From an uncultured delta proteobacterium (lineage in GTDB: Bacteria > Myxococcota > Myxococcia > Myxococcales > Myxococcaceae), in assembly GCA_963771175.1 (NCBI GenBank), contig CAVYSY010000039.1, forward strand, positions 397,837-461,836: a stretch of DNA of 64,000 nucleotides. The letters are read 5' to 3'. The position numbers and the translations under genes were made by a program. The notes beneath the pieces are model-generated. The model did no database searches. It was not told the origin of the DNA and saw nothing but the letters and a program-made list of their open reading frames with translations. Shown here in pieces: positions 45,118 through 55,335 of the stretch. Position 1 is the stretch's first letter; every line of letters begins with the position of its first letter.

Positions 45118-46771
45118 TCACGACTGCTCTTCCTTCACCTGGATGAGCAGTGTGCCCTCGTCTAGCTGGATCTTCTGCGTGTCCTTCGCATTGGTGCGCT
45201 GCATCAGGAACACGGGCTTGTCGTCCGTGTAGTAGTGCTTGAGCGCGGTACCGTTCTCGGGCGTCTTGCCCACCAGGAGCTGCACGCCCTGCCCGTCCTG
45301 AGGCATGCGCGCGCCGGTGCGCCAGTCCAGGAAGCGCTTGATCCACGCGCGCCGGAAGTCGAGCGCCACCAGCACCCGCTCGCCCTTGTAGGCGGGGAAG
45401 TAGAAGTGGCCGGGCAGCAGGTTGGGGTTGAAGGGCGCGGGGATGATCTGCTCCGCGAAGAGGGGGATCTTCACCTTGTACCCGTCCAACGAGGTGTCCG
45501 AGTCCGTGTAGGCCTGCCAGGTCTCGTCCGCGTCCGCGCCCTGCTCGCTGACGATGAAGCCCTCCACGTAGCGGGGATAGAGCGGGGGCTGCCAGGCGGG
45601 CAGATCCACGTGGGGCTCGTCCTTGGGCTCCAGCCGGGTGCTCATGCGGAAGGAGAAGAGCGCGTACGAATCGCCGTACACCTCGTCCTCGCCCTGCTCG
45701 CTCGACACCTCGCCCGACAGGTGCATGCTGCGCACGCGGAGGACCTGATCCTTGGCCACGCCCGCGGCGCCCCAGGCGTCGTTGGCCGGCAGCTTCACCA
45801 GCGCCCCCGGGGTGAACGCCTTCTCGGGGAAGGAGCGCCAGCTCAGCTCCATCTCCGGGCCCCGCCCCTTCAGCCGCGCCGTCTCCAGGTCCACCCGAGC
45901 CTGCACCTCGTCGGCGATGGCGGTGCACAGCAGCACGTCCTGGCGGATGCCGGTGACGGCCTGCGTTTGCGTCACGGCCTGGGTCTGGGGGCTCTCGGCC
46001 GTGGCGTTGAGCACCGTCACATCGTGACGGATGACCTCGGGCAGCAGCACCTCCAGCTCGGCCAGGTTGTCCTCGAACAGCTTCAGCGGCGTGCCCGAGC
46101 TGTCCTTGGCGCCCGTGAACTTGTAGCCGTGCGCCGCGTAGTCGTAGGTGAACACCCCCGCGTGGCCGTGCACGTACCACAGCACCCAGTCGTAGAAGCT
46201 CGCCCCACCCTGCGGATCCAACCCCACGAAGATCATGGGGTGCGTGGTGCCCAGGCCCGCATCCCAGTCGTAGGCGAGGCTGATCTTCTCGCCCTTGTGC
46301 GCGTCCAGCACGTCCTTGACCGTCTTGGAGGTGTAGAGGGCACAGGGGTAGTGCTGCCGCCACAGCAGCCGCGCGGCGTCCAGGAAGCGGATGCCATAGC
46401 GGCGATGGAGGATGAGGTCGCTCCCTCCGGTGGTGATGACATCTCTCGACGAGCGACTTCTCGGTGACGAAGCCCTTGACCGTCAGCGCGGTATGGCTCG
46501 GCCGTCCCGAGGTGTCCGGAAGGACGGCCTTCACCGCGAGCGACACCTCGACCAGGTCCGACTTGAGGAAGTCGGCCAGCAGCTCGTCCTTGTCCTGACC
46601 ACCGCTGGCCTGGTTGTCCGTCAGCAGGAACTCCACCTCGCCCTCCAGACCCCAGCTCCACAGGTCCAGGGCGAAGCGCTTGATGCTGCCGGCGATGACC
46701 TCGTGCGCCTTGCCGCCGATGGTGAGGGTGAGCGTGACGGCCAGCCGCTCCTCGAAGGTGTGCGCCATCAT
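45118..46771 (-). CDS. VgrG-hub-like spike protein lacking a needle (frameshift near 46440)
   Basis: ~550 aa between tssE and the needle gene. Contains ASFYDWVLW, a PGAL..L segment and an OB-fold-like FP...ERVLVAL. Confidence 0.72.
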
Positions 46772-47161
46772 GTCTCCTCGTCCTCCTCTACCCGCACCTG
46801 GCCACTCACGGTGTGGAAGAGGAGGCGCAACGTGCAGGGCGTTCCGTGCAGCGTCGCCGTCAGCACGTAGTGCAGCCACAGCCCCGAGTCCTGACCACGC
46901 AGCTCCAGCTCCGCGTCCTGCAGGCGCGGCTCGTGGTGCTGGATCGAGTGCAGCATCTCGCCGGTGAGCGTCTTCATCAGCACCTGGGTGCCGAACTTCT
47001 CCGTGTAGCGCCCCAGGCCGAAGCCCTCGACGAAGTAGCCGTAACCCTCCTTGGTGTTGAGCACGGACTCGAGGTTCTGCCGCACCTGCTCCAGCTCGCC
47101 ATTGCGCGCCCTGGCGCTGCCAGGCACCGGTGAACTTGTCGAGGAAGGACGGGCGTGCCAT
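46768..47161 (-). CDS. tssE: T6SS baseplate TssE (gp25-like; frameshift near 47100)
   Basis: SFLDKF...VRQNLESVLNT...FGL...IQHHEPRL. Confidence 0.82.
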
Positions 47162-47162
47162 C

Positions 47163-48417
47163 TCAGGCCCTGCGCCAGAAGAGGAAGACCTGGGTGCCCT
47201 GCAGCGCCGGGGTGACGTAGAAGGCCATGCCGTTGTCGCGCAGAGCGTACTGCCACTCCTCCCCCAGCGACAGCTTGTACCAGGAGATCTCCGGACCGAA
47301 GGCGTGGGGGAAGGCGGGGTGCGGCACGTGCTGGAAGGGAATGCCCCGGAGCGCCAGCCGGCGCACCACGGGCAGTCGGGAGGGACTCGCCACCTTCACT
47401 CCCTCCAGGGAGGGCGGCTGGCTGGGGTCCTCGCTGCGCACCAGCAGGTACAGCTCGCTCTGGACGCCCGCCTCCAGCGAGGGCAGGGGCGAGAGGACGA
47501 ACTGACCCTCCCGGCAATCGAAAGGCTTGTAGGTGAGCCGCGTGTCCTCGGGACGGAAGGCCCGGTTGAGCAGCGTCATCCACCCCCACAGCCCCTCGCC
47601 CAGCTCGTCATGGACGTAGGTGGGCAGGGACTCATCGGGCACCAGCTCCAGGTAGCAGCACACCTCGAAGTAGAACCGGCGCAGGGCATCGAAGAAGTGG
47701 TACGGGTGCGGGCAGATGCCGTTGCGCATGTCGCTGCGCAGGGCCTGCAGGCGGCGCACCTCGAGCAGCGTGCGGCGGGCGCTCGCGAGCCGCTCGCCGC
47801 GCTGGTAGCTGTCCTGCAGCAGGGTGCGGAGCTGGCCGTGGGCCTTCTCCAGCAACATGTCCAGCTCGCCGAGCAGCTCGTTGAGGAAGGGGTTGCGGCC
47901 CACCAGCAGCAGCGGCGGCACCTTCCGGGCGGAGGGGCGCCACGCCCCCTGGAGATCCTTGGAGAAGGCCACCAGCTCCAGCGAGGAGAGGGCCCGATCC
48001 GCGGACTGCTCGCTGGAGAGCTGCAGCCGGTGCAGCACGCGCTGCACGTTGGGCGGCTCATCCGCGTAGAGCGGCACGCCCTTCGGTGCCGCGCGTCTCC
48101 TCCAGCAGGTGGAGGAAGACGGTGACCTCCGCGCGGCCGGTGGCCTCGAGGGAGAACGACGGCAGGGCCGCATTGCCCGGCACGTTCACCAGGAAGCCGC
48201 CTGGCATGACGGCGGTCAGAGAGGAGATGGAGAGGCTGCCCTCGGCCAGCAGCGCCTCGCTCCAAGCGAGCGAGGCGATACCGACCTGGGGCAGCCCGGA
48301 CAGCTCGGCATGCAGCCGCGCCTCGGCCGAGAGTGCTTCGTCCTGGGCGCGGAAGTGCTCGGGAAGGAGCGTCTGGCCGACCTGCCAGCGGACCCGCGCG
48401 AGCTTGTGGCGCTGCAT
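47163..48417 (-). CDS. tssK: T6SS baseplate TssK (IglD-like; frameshift near 48085)
   Basis: RVRWQVGQTLLPEHF, HPYHFF..L, KVASP and GIPFQHVP. Confidence 0.85.
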
Positions 48418-48448
48418 GTCGTTGATTCCTGTCGAAAAGAGACGAGGC

Positions 48449-49032
48449 CTAGGCCGCGGTCTCGGTGACGCCCCACTGCTTGACGAGGTTCTTGCCGGAG
48501 CCCGTGGCCATGTTCACCGTCTGCTCCAGGGTCTGCGGCTTGATGCCGACCTGGAGGGTGTAGTTCTTGGGCGACTGCACCTCGCTGGACGGGTCGTCCG
48601 CCACCGACAGGTTCAGGTCATCCCCGTTCTTCTCCAGGATGCCCTTGAGCTCCGCGTCGATGTAGTTCGACTTGAAGTACTTCTTCTGGCGCCGGGTCGT
48701 ACTCGTAGATGACGTAGCTGAACATCACCTCGACGTTGGCCCAGGTGCCCAGCAGCGCGGCGGCCAGCGATCTGCTTGTTGTTGGTGGAGATCTGCGCGG
48801 AGAAGTACATGGCGTCCGTGATGCCCGTCTCCCACAGGTAGTGGTTGAGCACGCCCACCACCTTGGTCGCGAGGGCCTTGTCCGGCTGCTCCGGATCCTT
48901 GATGGTCTCCTGATCGGCCGTCAGCTCCACATCACCGACCTTCAGCTTGGTGATGTAGCCCACCGACGACTGCTTGTCCTTCTTGAAGTTGAAGCCCTGG
49001 TAGACGTCCAGGGAACGAGCGAATTGAGGCAT
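48449..49032 (-). CDS. Putative tube protein (IglC position; not a canonical Hcp; frameshifted)
   Basis: ~193-aa beta-rich protein with strong codon bias, between the large sheath gene and tssK. Has a GGGAG RBS. Confidence 0.65.
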
Positions 49033-49078
49033 TGCTCCCTCCTTCTTTGCCTGAGTAGTGACTACGACGGGCGCCCGG

Positions 49079-50571
49079 TCATCCCAGGCGAGACTCCAGC
49101 ATCAGCTCCACATTGAGGCCTTCGAACTGGATGTGCGGCAGGACGGCCACCTTGCAGTCGTACCAGCCGATCTCTCCCGGGCGCGACTCCACCACGACGC
49201 TGGTGGCCTTGAACGGGAAGCGCCGCAGCGTGAGGTCGTCCGGGTTGACCACCGTGGTGACGTAGCCCGACAGCCACGACGTCGATCTGCCGCTGGACGT
49301 AGCCGGCATCGGCGGTGCTGCCGATGTTGTCGCGCATGATGCTCTTGATGTAGTGCGCGAGCCGGGTGATGGAGAACGTGTAGGCCAGGTTGGTGACGAG
49401 CTGCGAGTTCTCCGAGTCCTTCGGGTCCTTGAACTTCTTGGCCCGCTTGATGGACTGGGTGCTGAAGAACGTCGCCTCACCGGAGCCCTTGCGGTACACC
49501 AGCGGGATGAAGCCGTTGCGAGCGAACTCGAACTCGCGGTAGTCCGGGATGGCGATCTCCACCGGCGCCTGGATCATCTTCTGCCCGCGCAGGGTGAAGG
49601 TGTCCACCGGCAGGCCGGTGACGAGCCCGCCGCCCTTGGGGCCGCGGATGGACTGGCACCAGCCGGACTGCTCGAAGGACTTCACCAGGTTGCGGCCCAG
49701 CAGGTAGGCCGTGTTGCCCCACAGGTACTTCTTGGAGTCGCCCTGGGCGTCCTCCTTGAAGTTGAGCACGTCGCAGGGGTTGCTGTCCGGATCCCACGGC
49801 TGGCGCACCACGTAGCGCGGCAGCGTCAGGCCGATGTACGCGGCCTCTTCCTTGTCGCGCAGCTCGTTCCACTTGCTGTAGCGCGGGTGGCTCAGCACGC
49901 CGTCCAGGTTCTTGAGCGACTCGAGCTGCTCGACGCTGTCGCAGTCGAAGAACTTGGGGCTGGCCGAGGCGATGAACGGGCAGTGCGCGGCGTTGGCCAC
50001 CTTGCCCATGCGCTCCAGCCAGGTGATGTCCGGCGCGCGAGGAGGTGAACTCGTACAGGCCCAGCATCACGCCGTAGGGACGGCCGCCGAACTGGTCGTA
50101 CTCCTTGATGTAGATCTTGTCGAAGAGGGCGCTGGAGAAGATGCTGCTCGAGTTCTTCTCGAAGTCCTCGGCCAGCTCCTCCTTGTCCACGTCCAGGATG
50201 TCGATGGTGATGTCGGCCTGGAAGTTGGTGTTGTTGACGAGGTCCTCCAGACCGCGCCACGAGGCCTCCATCTTCTGGAACTTCTCGTTGTGGAGGATCT
50301 CGTTCATCTGCGTCTCGATGAGCTCATCGATGCGCGCGATGGCCTTCATCACCTCGCCCTTGTCGAAGCGGACCTGCCCCACGTCGTCCTTGATGGGCTC
50401 GACGTTGTAGAGCAGCGCCGCCAGGGAGGACATGAAGCGCTCGTCCCCCGCGATCTGCGCCTCGTTGGCGGTGATGGGGACCAGACCGGTGCCGATCATC
50501 GGCTGGGCGCTGGTGGGCATCTCGAGCCCGCGAACCTTGAACAACTCACTCAGATAATCTGTTTCGGCCAT
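49079..50571 (-). CDS. tssC: T6SS contractile sheath large subunit TssC (IglB-like; frameshifted)
   Basis: QMNEILHNEKFQKMEASWRGL, EYDQFGGRPYG, AHCPFIASASP, YLWGN, IRGPKGGG and PHIQFEG. Confidence 0.93.
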
Positions 50572-50612
50572 GAGCTAAGGGCTCCTCGGCGTGGAGAATG
50601 GAATGAGGGAAC

Positions 50613-51197
50613 TCAAGCCTTGGCGGGAGCCACGGCGGGGACGGTCTCGGCGACGAGCGCGGGCTGATCGGACTGCGACTTCGCCACGGGCAGGCGCATG
50701 CTCGCGTAGCTCTTGAGCTGCTCGCTCTCCAGCAGCTTCTGGAGCGCCTCCTTGTTGGAGAAGATCTCGTACAGCTTGCGCCGCAGATCCTTGCGGTTGT
50801 CGATGTCCGACTGCATCTCCAGCAGCAGCTTGCGCATCAGCAGCAGCGCCTTGAGCTTGGGCACGTGGTGGACGATCTCGTCCGGGTGGAAGGACTTCAT
50901 CCGGTCGATGGGCAGCTCGACCGCCATCTTCCCCTCGCCATCCGCGCTGACCTTGTCATCCACATCGAACGAGATGGACATTCCCATGTCCTTCATCAGC
51001 TCGCTGAGGTTGGAGCCGGTGACCGAGCGCAGCTTGCGCTCCTCCAGATCCACCTGACGGTCGGTCGCGCTACCGAGCGAGAAGTCACCAAGAACCACGA
51101 CTCGGAAGGGGAGCTTGACCTCCTCCTCCTGGCCACTGATGGTGGTGCGATAGACGAGCGTGATGCGAGACTTGGGCAGCTTGTCCTGGATGGGCAC
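50613..51197 (-). CDS. tssB: T6SS contractile sheath small subunit TssB (IglA-like)
   Basis: KLPKSRITLVY...LPFRVVVLGDFS...SFHPDEIVHHVPKLKALL. AAGGAG RBS. Confidence 0.92.
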   Translation of the reverse strand: MPIQDKLPKSRITLVYRTTISGQEEEVKLPFRVVVLGDFSLGSATDRQVDLEERKLRSVTGSNLSELMKDMGMSISFDVDDKVSADGEGKMAVELPIDRMKSFHPDEIVHHVPKLKALLLMRKLLLEMQSDIDNRKDLRRKLYEIFSNKEALQKLLESEQLKSYASMRLPVAKSQSDQPALVAETVPAVAPAKA

Positions 51198-51288
51198 GGC
51201 TTCTCCTTACACGAGGCGGCTCGCGTCCCTGGAAACCAACCCCATCCCCCGGCACCGCAGGACACGGCCCGCTGTGTTCTGGACCGGC

Positions 51289-51328
51289 ACTTTAAGGAGA
51301 ATAGATTACCAGGGTCAAGGCGATTACC
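51289..51328 (-). promoter_or_regulatory. Putative sigma70-type promoter for the sheath operon with two GGTAATC direct repeats
   Basis: Minus strand reads TTGACC-N18-TAAAGT in an AT-rich patch. GATTACC occurs at 51304 and 51322, flanking the -35 box. Confidence 0.5.
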
Positions 51329-52202
51329 CCCGCGCATCCACGCGGCGGGCCTGAGGACTCGATGTATCCCCCGAAAACAGGAGGACCTGTTGGGTCTGAA
51401 CGGGAGCGCCTTGTAGCGGATCGTAGCCGAGGTGGCTGTCACGCTCGATGCGCAGGACGCCTTCCTGATCTCGCAGCACGAGCAGGACGGTGAGCATCAG
51501 CACTCTCTCGGAGAGCAGCGGCAGCAGGTCCGTCTCGAAGCGACGCTGGGCCTCCACGGCCCATGGAGCTCCGCCGCTGGAGAGGGGCTCGTTGCAGAAG
51601 ATCTTCACCTCTACCCCACCGGTGGGGATGGAAGCGAAGCCTCCCATGGCGTCGCCCTCGCCGAGCGCGCTGGCGCCCAGCCGCATCTCGCGCGCTTGCA
51701 CCCGCTGGCGACGCACCTCGCGGCGCACGGAGATCTCCGTCTCGGGGAAGACCTTGCGGAAGAGCCAGTGCAGGGTACTCGGGCTGGTGGGGCGCAGCAG
51801 CCGCAGCCGATCCTTCGCCGCCTCCGGCCACCCGGGCAACAGCCCTCCATCGCGCTCCGGGAACAGCCCGGCGAAGCACTCCTGCAACAGCTGGTGGTCG
51901 AAGTAGCCGATGAAGCGCTCGAGCCGATCATGATCGAGCTGATCCATCGTCCGCATCATGAAGGACGGCAGCGGCGACTGCGCGCTGAGCAGCCCCATGT
52001 TCACCGTGACGATGACGCGCTTGTGCGGCCGGTGGATGAACTGGATGTCGTGCACCAGGTGGGACTGGTGCACGGTGGTGCGGTGGCCGCGGTACTCGAT
52101 CTCCGCGTCGCCGTAGCCGGAGGCGGCCAGCACCTCCAGCAGCGCCGGGATGTCGAAGCCGCGGATGCGCTCGCGGATGCGCTGCTCGAAGGGGCCGTCC
52201 AT
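51324..52202 (-). CDS. tssG: T6SS baseplate TssG (IglJ-like)
   Basis: VNMGLLSAQSPLPSF...FIGYFDHQLL...MRLGASALG. Confidence 0.8.
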   Translation of the reverse strand: MDGPFEQRIRERIRGFDIPALLEVLAASGYGDAEIEYRGHRTTVHQSHLVHDIQFIHRPHKRVIVTVNMGLLSAQSPLPSFMMRTMDQLDHDRLERFIGYFDHQLLQECFAGLFPERDGGLLPGWPEAAKDRLRLLRPTSPSTLHWLFRKVFPETEISVRREVRRQRVQAREMRLGASALGEGDAMGGFASIPTGGVEVKIFCNEPLSSGGAPWAVEAQRRFETDLLPLLSERVLMLTVLLVLRDQEGVLRIERDSHLGYDPLQGAPVQTQQVLLFSGDTSSPQARRVDARG

Positions 52203-52207
52203 GGCCC

Positions 52208-53228
52208 CTACTCCTCCCCTGCCCCTTCCTCATTCGCGCCATGCTCGAGGAAGGTCTCCAGGTCCACCCGGTAGAGCTGATCGAGCGCGCGGAAGGACAG
52301 CGACTCGGTGCTCTGCAGCAGCGGCTCCACCTGCTCCGCATGCGTGCTCAGCCCGGCGAAGAACCGGGAGAAGAGCGCGGGCAGGTACACGCGTGGATCG
52401 AAGTGCTCCACCACCTGCAGCACGTCCGCCGCCACCACGCCGGCACGCAGGAAGTCCTGGCGCTCGACGAGCGTGTTGAACGCGGCCAGCTTCTTCATCA
52501 ACTGGGCCAGCGCGGGCGAGACCGGAAGGGTGGGCCCGGCCGACGCGGGAGCCGAGCGCATGGACTCGTTCGGCCGCGCCCTCGCGTGGGGCTCATCCTC
52601 CTCGGGCTCGTCCGCGGACTCGGGCTCAGCCGGCGGAGCCTCCTCGGCGGGCAGGGACTGCAGGTGGCCCTCCAGCCACTGCGCGAGGCGGCGGAACGGA
52701 GCCTCGCAACCGTTCCGGGGCATCACCCTGCCGAACGCGGAGAAGATCTCCTCGCTCAGCGTGAGCGCCTGCTCCAGGGGCTCGCGGTTGTTGGGCGTGC
52801 ACCAGCGCTGCCACGTCTCGTCCTTGAGGCGCTCGTGGTGCTCCAGGTGCTTGTTGAGCAGCTTGAGCAGCCAGCGCAGGCCCGCGTCGGCGAAGACGTC
52901 CTTGCGCTCGTGCGGGCCGAAGGACTGCCAGTTGCGCAACAGGGTGTTGGAGAGCGAGTGGAACATCGCCGGCATCGCCTCCAGGCCGCCCTCGAGGAAG
53001 AGGCCGAGGAGGTAGGGGCCCACCAGCCGCACGTCGTAGATGCCCTCGCGCAGCAGCGCCTCGGCCGCGCGCGCCGCATCGAGGTAGGCGCTCCGGGCCA
53101 CCAGATCGTTGACCTTCTCCAGCCGCGTCATCCGTGCTCTCCAGGTCCGACGCCTCGACATCCAGCGGCTTGTCGAGGAGGTGGAGTTCGAGCGGAGGAG
53201 GAGGAAGGGGCTTCGCGGACTCAGCCAT
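52208..53228 (-). CDS. T6SS IglI-like / ImpA-related helical protein (frameshift near 53135)
   Basis: Helical protein with YDVRLVGPYL, NW...P and FDPRVYLP. Overlaps the DUF4280 gene stop and precedes tssG. Confidence 0.6.
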
Positions 53229-53607
53229 CTTGCACCGTGAACTGGCCGGGGGAGACGACCTGGATGACGCCGCCCCAGTTGCACATCAGTTTGCAGCTGC
53301 TGTCCACGGCCGGCATGTTGCCGATCAGCACCTTGGGGCAACCCGGCACCCACGGAGCCGCCGTGGCGGGTATGCACGGCATGGGCGTGAGCACCCCCAT
53401 GGCCGCCGCCGTCGCCGCGGCCACCGTGGGGTTGGCCGGCGACTGGCACATGCCGAAGGGCAGGATGTTCAGCATCGGCTTGTTGTCCATGATGTTGGCC
53501 GCCGGAGTCGTGGCCAGCACCTTGTTGGCGGGCAGTACCACCAGCGAGGACGGGGCCACACCGAAGCTGCACTGCAGCATGGCCCCCATGACGACCTGGA
53601 CTCCCAT
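53221..53607 (-). CDS. DUF4280 PAAR-like spike tip protein (IglG-like)
   Basis: GAMLQCSFG, NILPFGMC, PMPCIP, PW.PG and LMCNWGGVI carry the four conserved Cys. Confidence 0.92.
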   Translation of the reverse strand: MGVQVVMGAMLQCSFGVAPSSLVVLPANKVLATTPAANIMDNKPMLNILPFGMCQSPANPTVAAATAAAMGVLTPMPCIPATAAPWVPGCPKVLIGNMPAVDSSCKLMCNWGGVIQVVSPGQFTVQDG

Positions 53608-53647
53608 GGCGCACTCCCCTGGCGAAGCTTCGCGGGACGCGCCATCC

Positions 53648-55331
53648 TCACACACCCGGCCCCGCTTTTTCCAGCAGATGGCCTCGCAGCGCCGTCAGGG
53701 CCTGGAAGAGCGGATCCGAGCTCTTCCGGTGGAGCGCCCCCGTCAGGTACTGCGCGTGGCACCAGGCCTCGTCCACCTGCCCGTCCACCTTGCGAGGGTA
53801 GAGCGGGATGAACTCGGTGCGGTCCGGCAGGTGCTCGGCCCCGAGCTGGAGCTCGATGCAGCGGCGGATCTCCTGCAGCCAGACGTTCGTCTGCTGGGGC
53901 CTGGACTCCGGTGAAGACGAGCAGCACGTAGCGGTAGTGGCCGGCCACACCGCCCGTGGGGGCAGGCACCACGGAGGCACCCCGGACGAAGGGCAGCGAC
54001 TGGACGACCTCGGCGACCTCGGCGGCCGGGTAGACGCGCCCGTCCCGCCTCGCCGTACGGGGTCCCCCGTAGTGGTACAGGCCATAGGAGCGCGTGAGGA
54101 CCACGTAGGCAGGGCGGCCGCTCCTCGTCCGGCAACAGGGTGAAGACGCCCAGGTCTCCCGGCGCCTGCTGGCCGCTCATGTTGACGTCGTGCAGCGCCC
54201 AGCGACGTCCCGCCGCGGGAGGCGCCTCGGTGTGCAGGTCCCTCACCCGCCGCGGCGAGCCGAGCACCGCGCCCCCGGCGCATGGAGTCCACGAGCACGT
54301 TGGAGGATGGCACCGTGGACAACCCGCACTGCTTCACCCAGGCGCGCCAGGCCAGCCAGTCGATGGGCTCCTCGGGGTTGCGGAACCAGTGGGCCACGTT
54401 CTTGAGCTGCGTGCGGGCGCGCAACAGCAGGTCCCGCAAGGCCGGGGTGACGCCGAGCGCGCGCACCGGGTGCTCGGTGAGCAGCGCGGGGTTGGCCTCG
54501 AGGTCCGACAGCTCGAGGTGGAGGTACGTGGCCCCGCGCAGCAGCGTGGTGAAGAGGAAGGCCGGCAGGTGCTGCAGCGGGTGGTAGCCAGGCGCGGCCA
54601 GGTGCTCCCCGGGGCCGAGGCCGAAGGTGAGCAGCCCGTCCACCAGCGCCCCGCGCCACGCGTCCTCCGCGAGCAGCGGCGCCGGCGTGCCCGGCGGCTC
54701 CACCAGGGGCGAGAAGAGCAGGCCCACCGGCTCGTCCGGCTTGTAGGTGTGCGAGGTGAAGGCCGGAGAGGCCTGACCCTGGCTGTGCAGCAGCTGCTTC
54801 TCGAAGCCCTCCAGCAGCAGCACCTGGTGCGGCTCGGCGGCGATGTGGTCCGGCGCGAGCGCGGCCAGGCGGCGCGCGATGAAGCGCTTGCCCTGGGGCG
54901 GCAGGAAGCTGATGCAGGCGCCCAGGCCCAGGGCCGCCGCGAGCGAGATGAGCAGCTCGCTCCCGACGGAGTAGAACAGGCACACCTTGGCCCCGGCCTT
55001 GACGCCCTGCCGCGCCCACTCGGTGGCCCGCCGCGAGGCCTGCTCGTGCAGCTGGCGGTAGCCCAGCACCTGCCAGCCGCTCCTGCCGGTCGTAGCTGCG
55101 CAGGGCCACGCGGTCCGTGTTGCCGTGGCGGACGACGAGATCGTGGAAGAAGTCGTAGTGCTGGCCCGCGCGGCTCTTGAGCGGCGCGCCGCGGCCCACG
55201 TGGGCCGCGGCCAGCGCGGCGGCGAAGCCCTCCGGATCCTCCCAGCTCTCCTGCTGCCAGACCGGCACCCCTGGCTCCGCGGGGGTGCCGGTCTCGAGCT
55301 GCTCGAGGATCTTCCTGATGTCGAAGACCAT
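53648..55331 (-). CDS. Acyl-CoA synthetase (ANL)-fold protein with degenerate catalytic motifs (frameshifted)
   Basis: ACS-like N-terminus (SWEDPEGF, RH...DRVAL, YRQLH, GVKAGAKVC, ALGLGA). No TSG.TG.PKG P-loop and no A10 Lys are recognisable. Confidence 0.62.
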
Positions 55332-55335
55332 CCGA

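Noticed and set aside
31590..55331. Prophage tail, eCIS or tailocin interpretation of the contractile genes
   Set aside because: TssM, DotU, TssK and a lipoprotein indicate a membrane-anchored T6SS. No capsid, lysis or integrase genes were seen.
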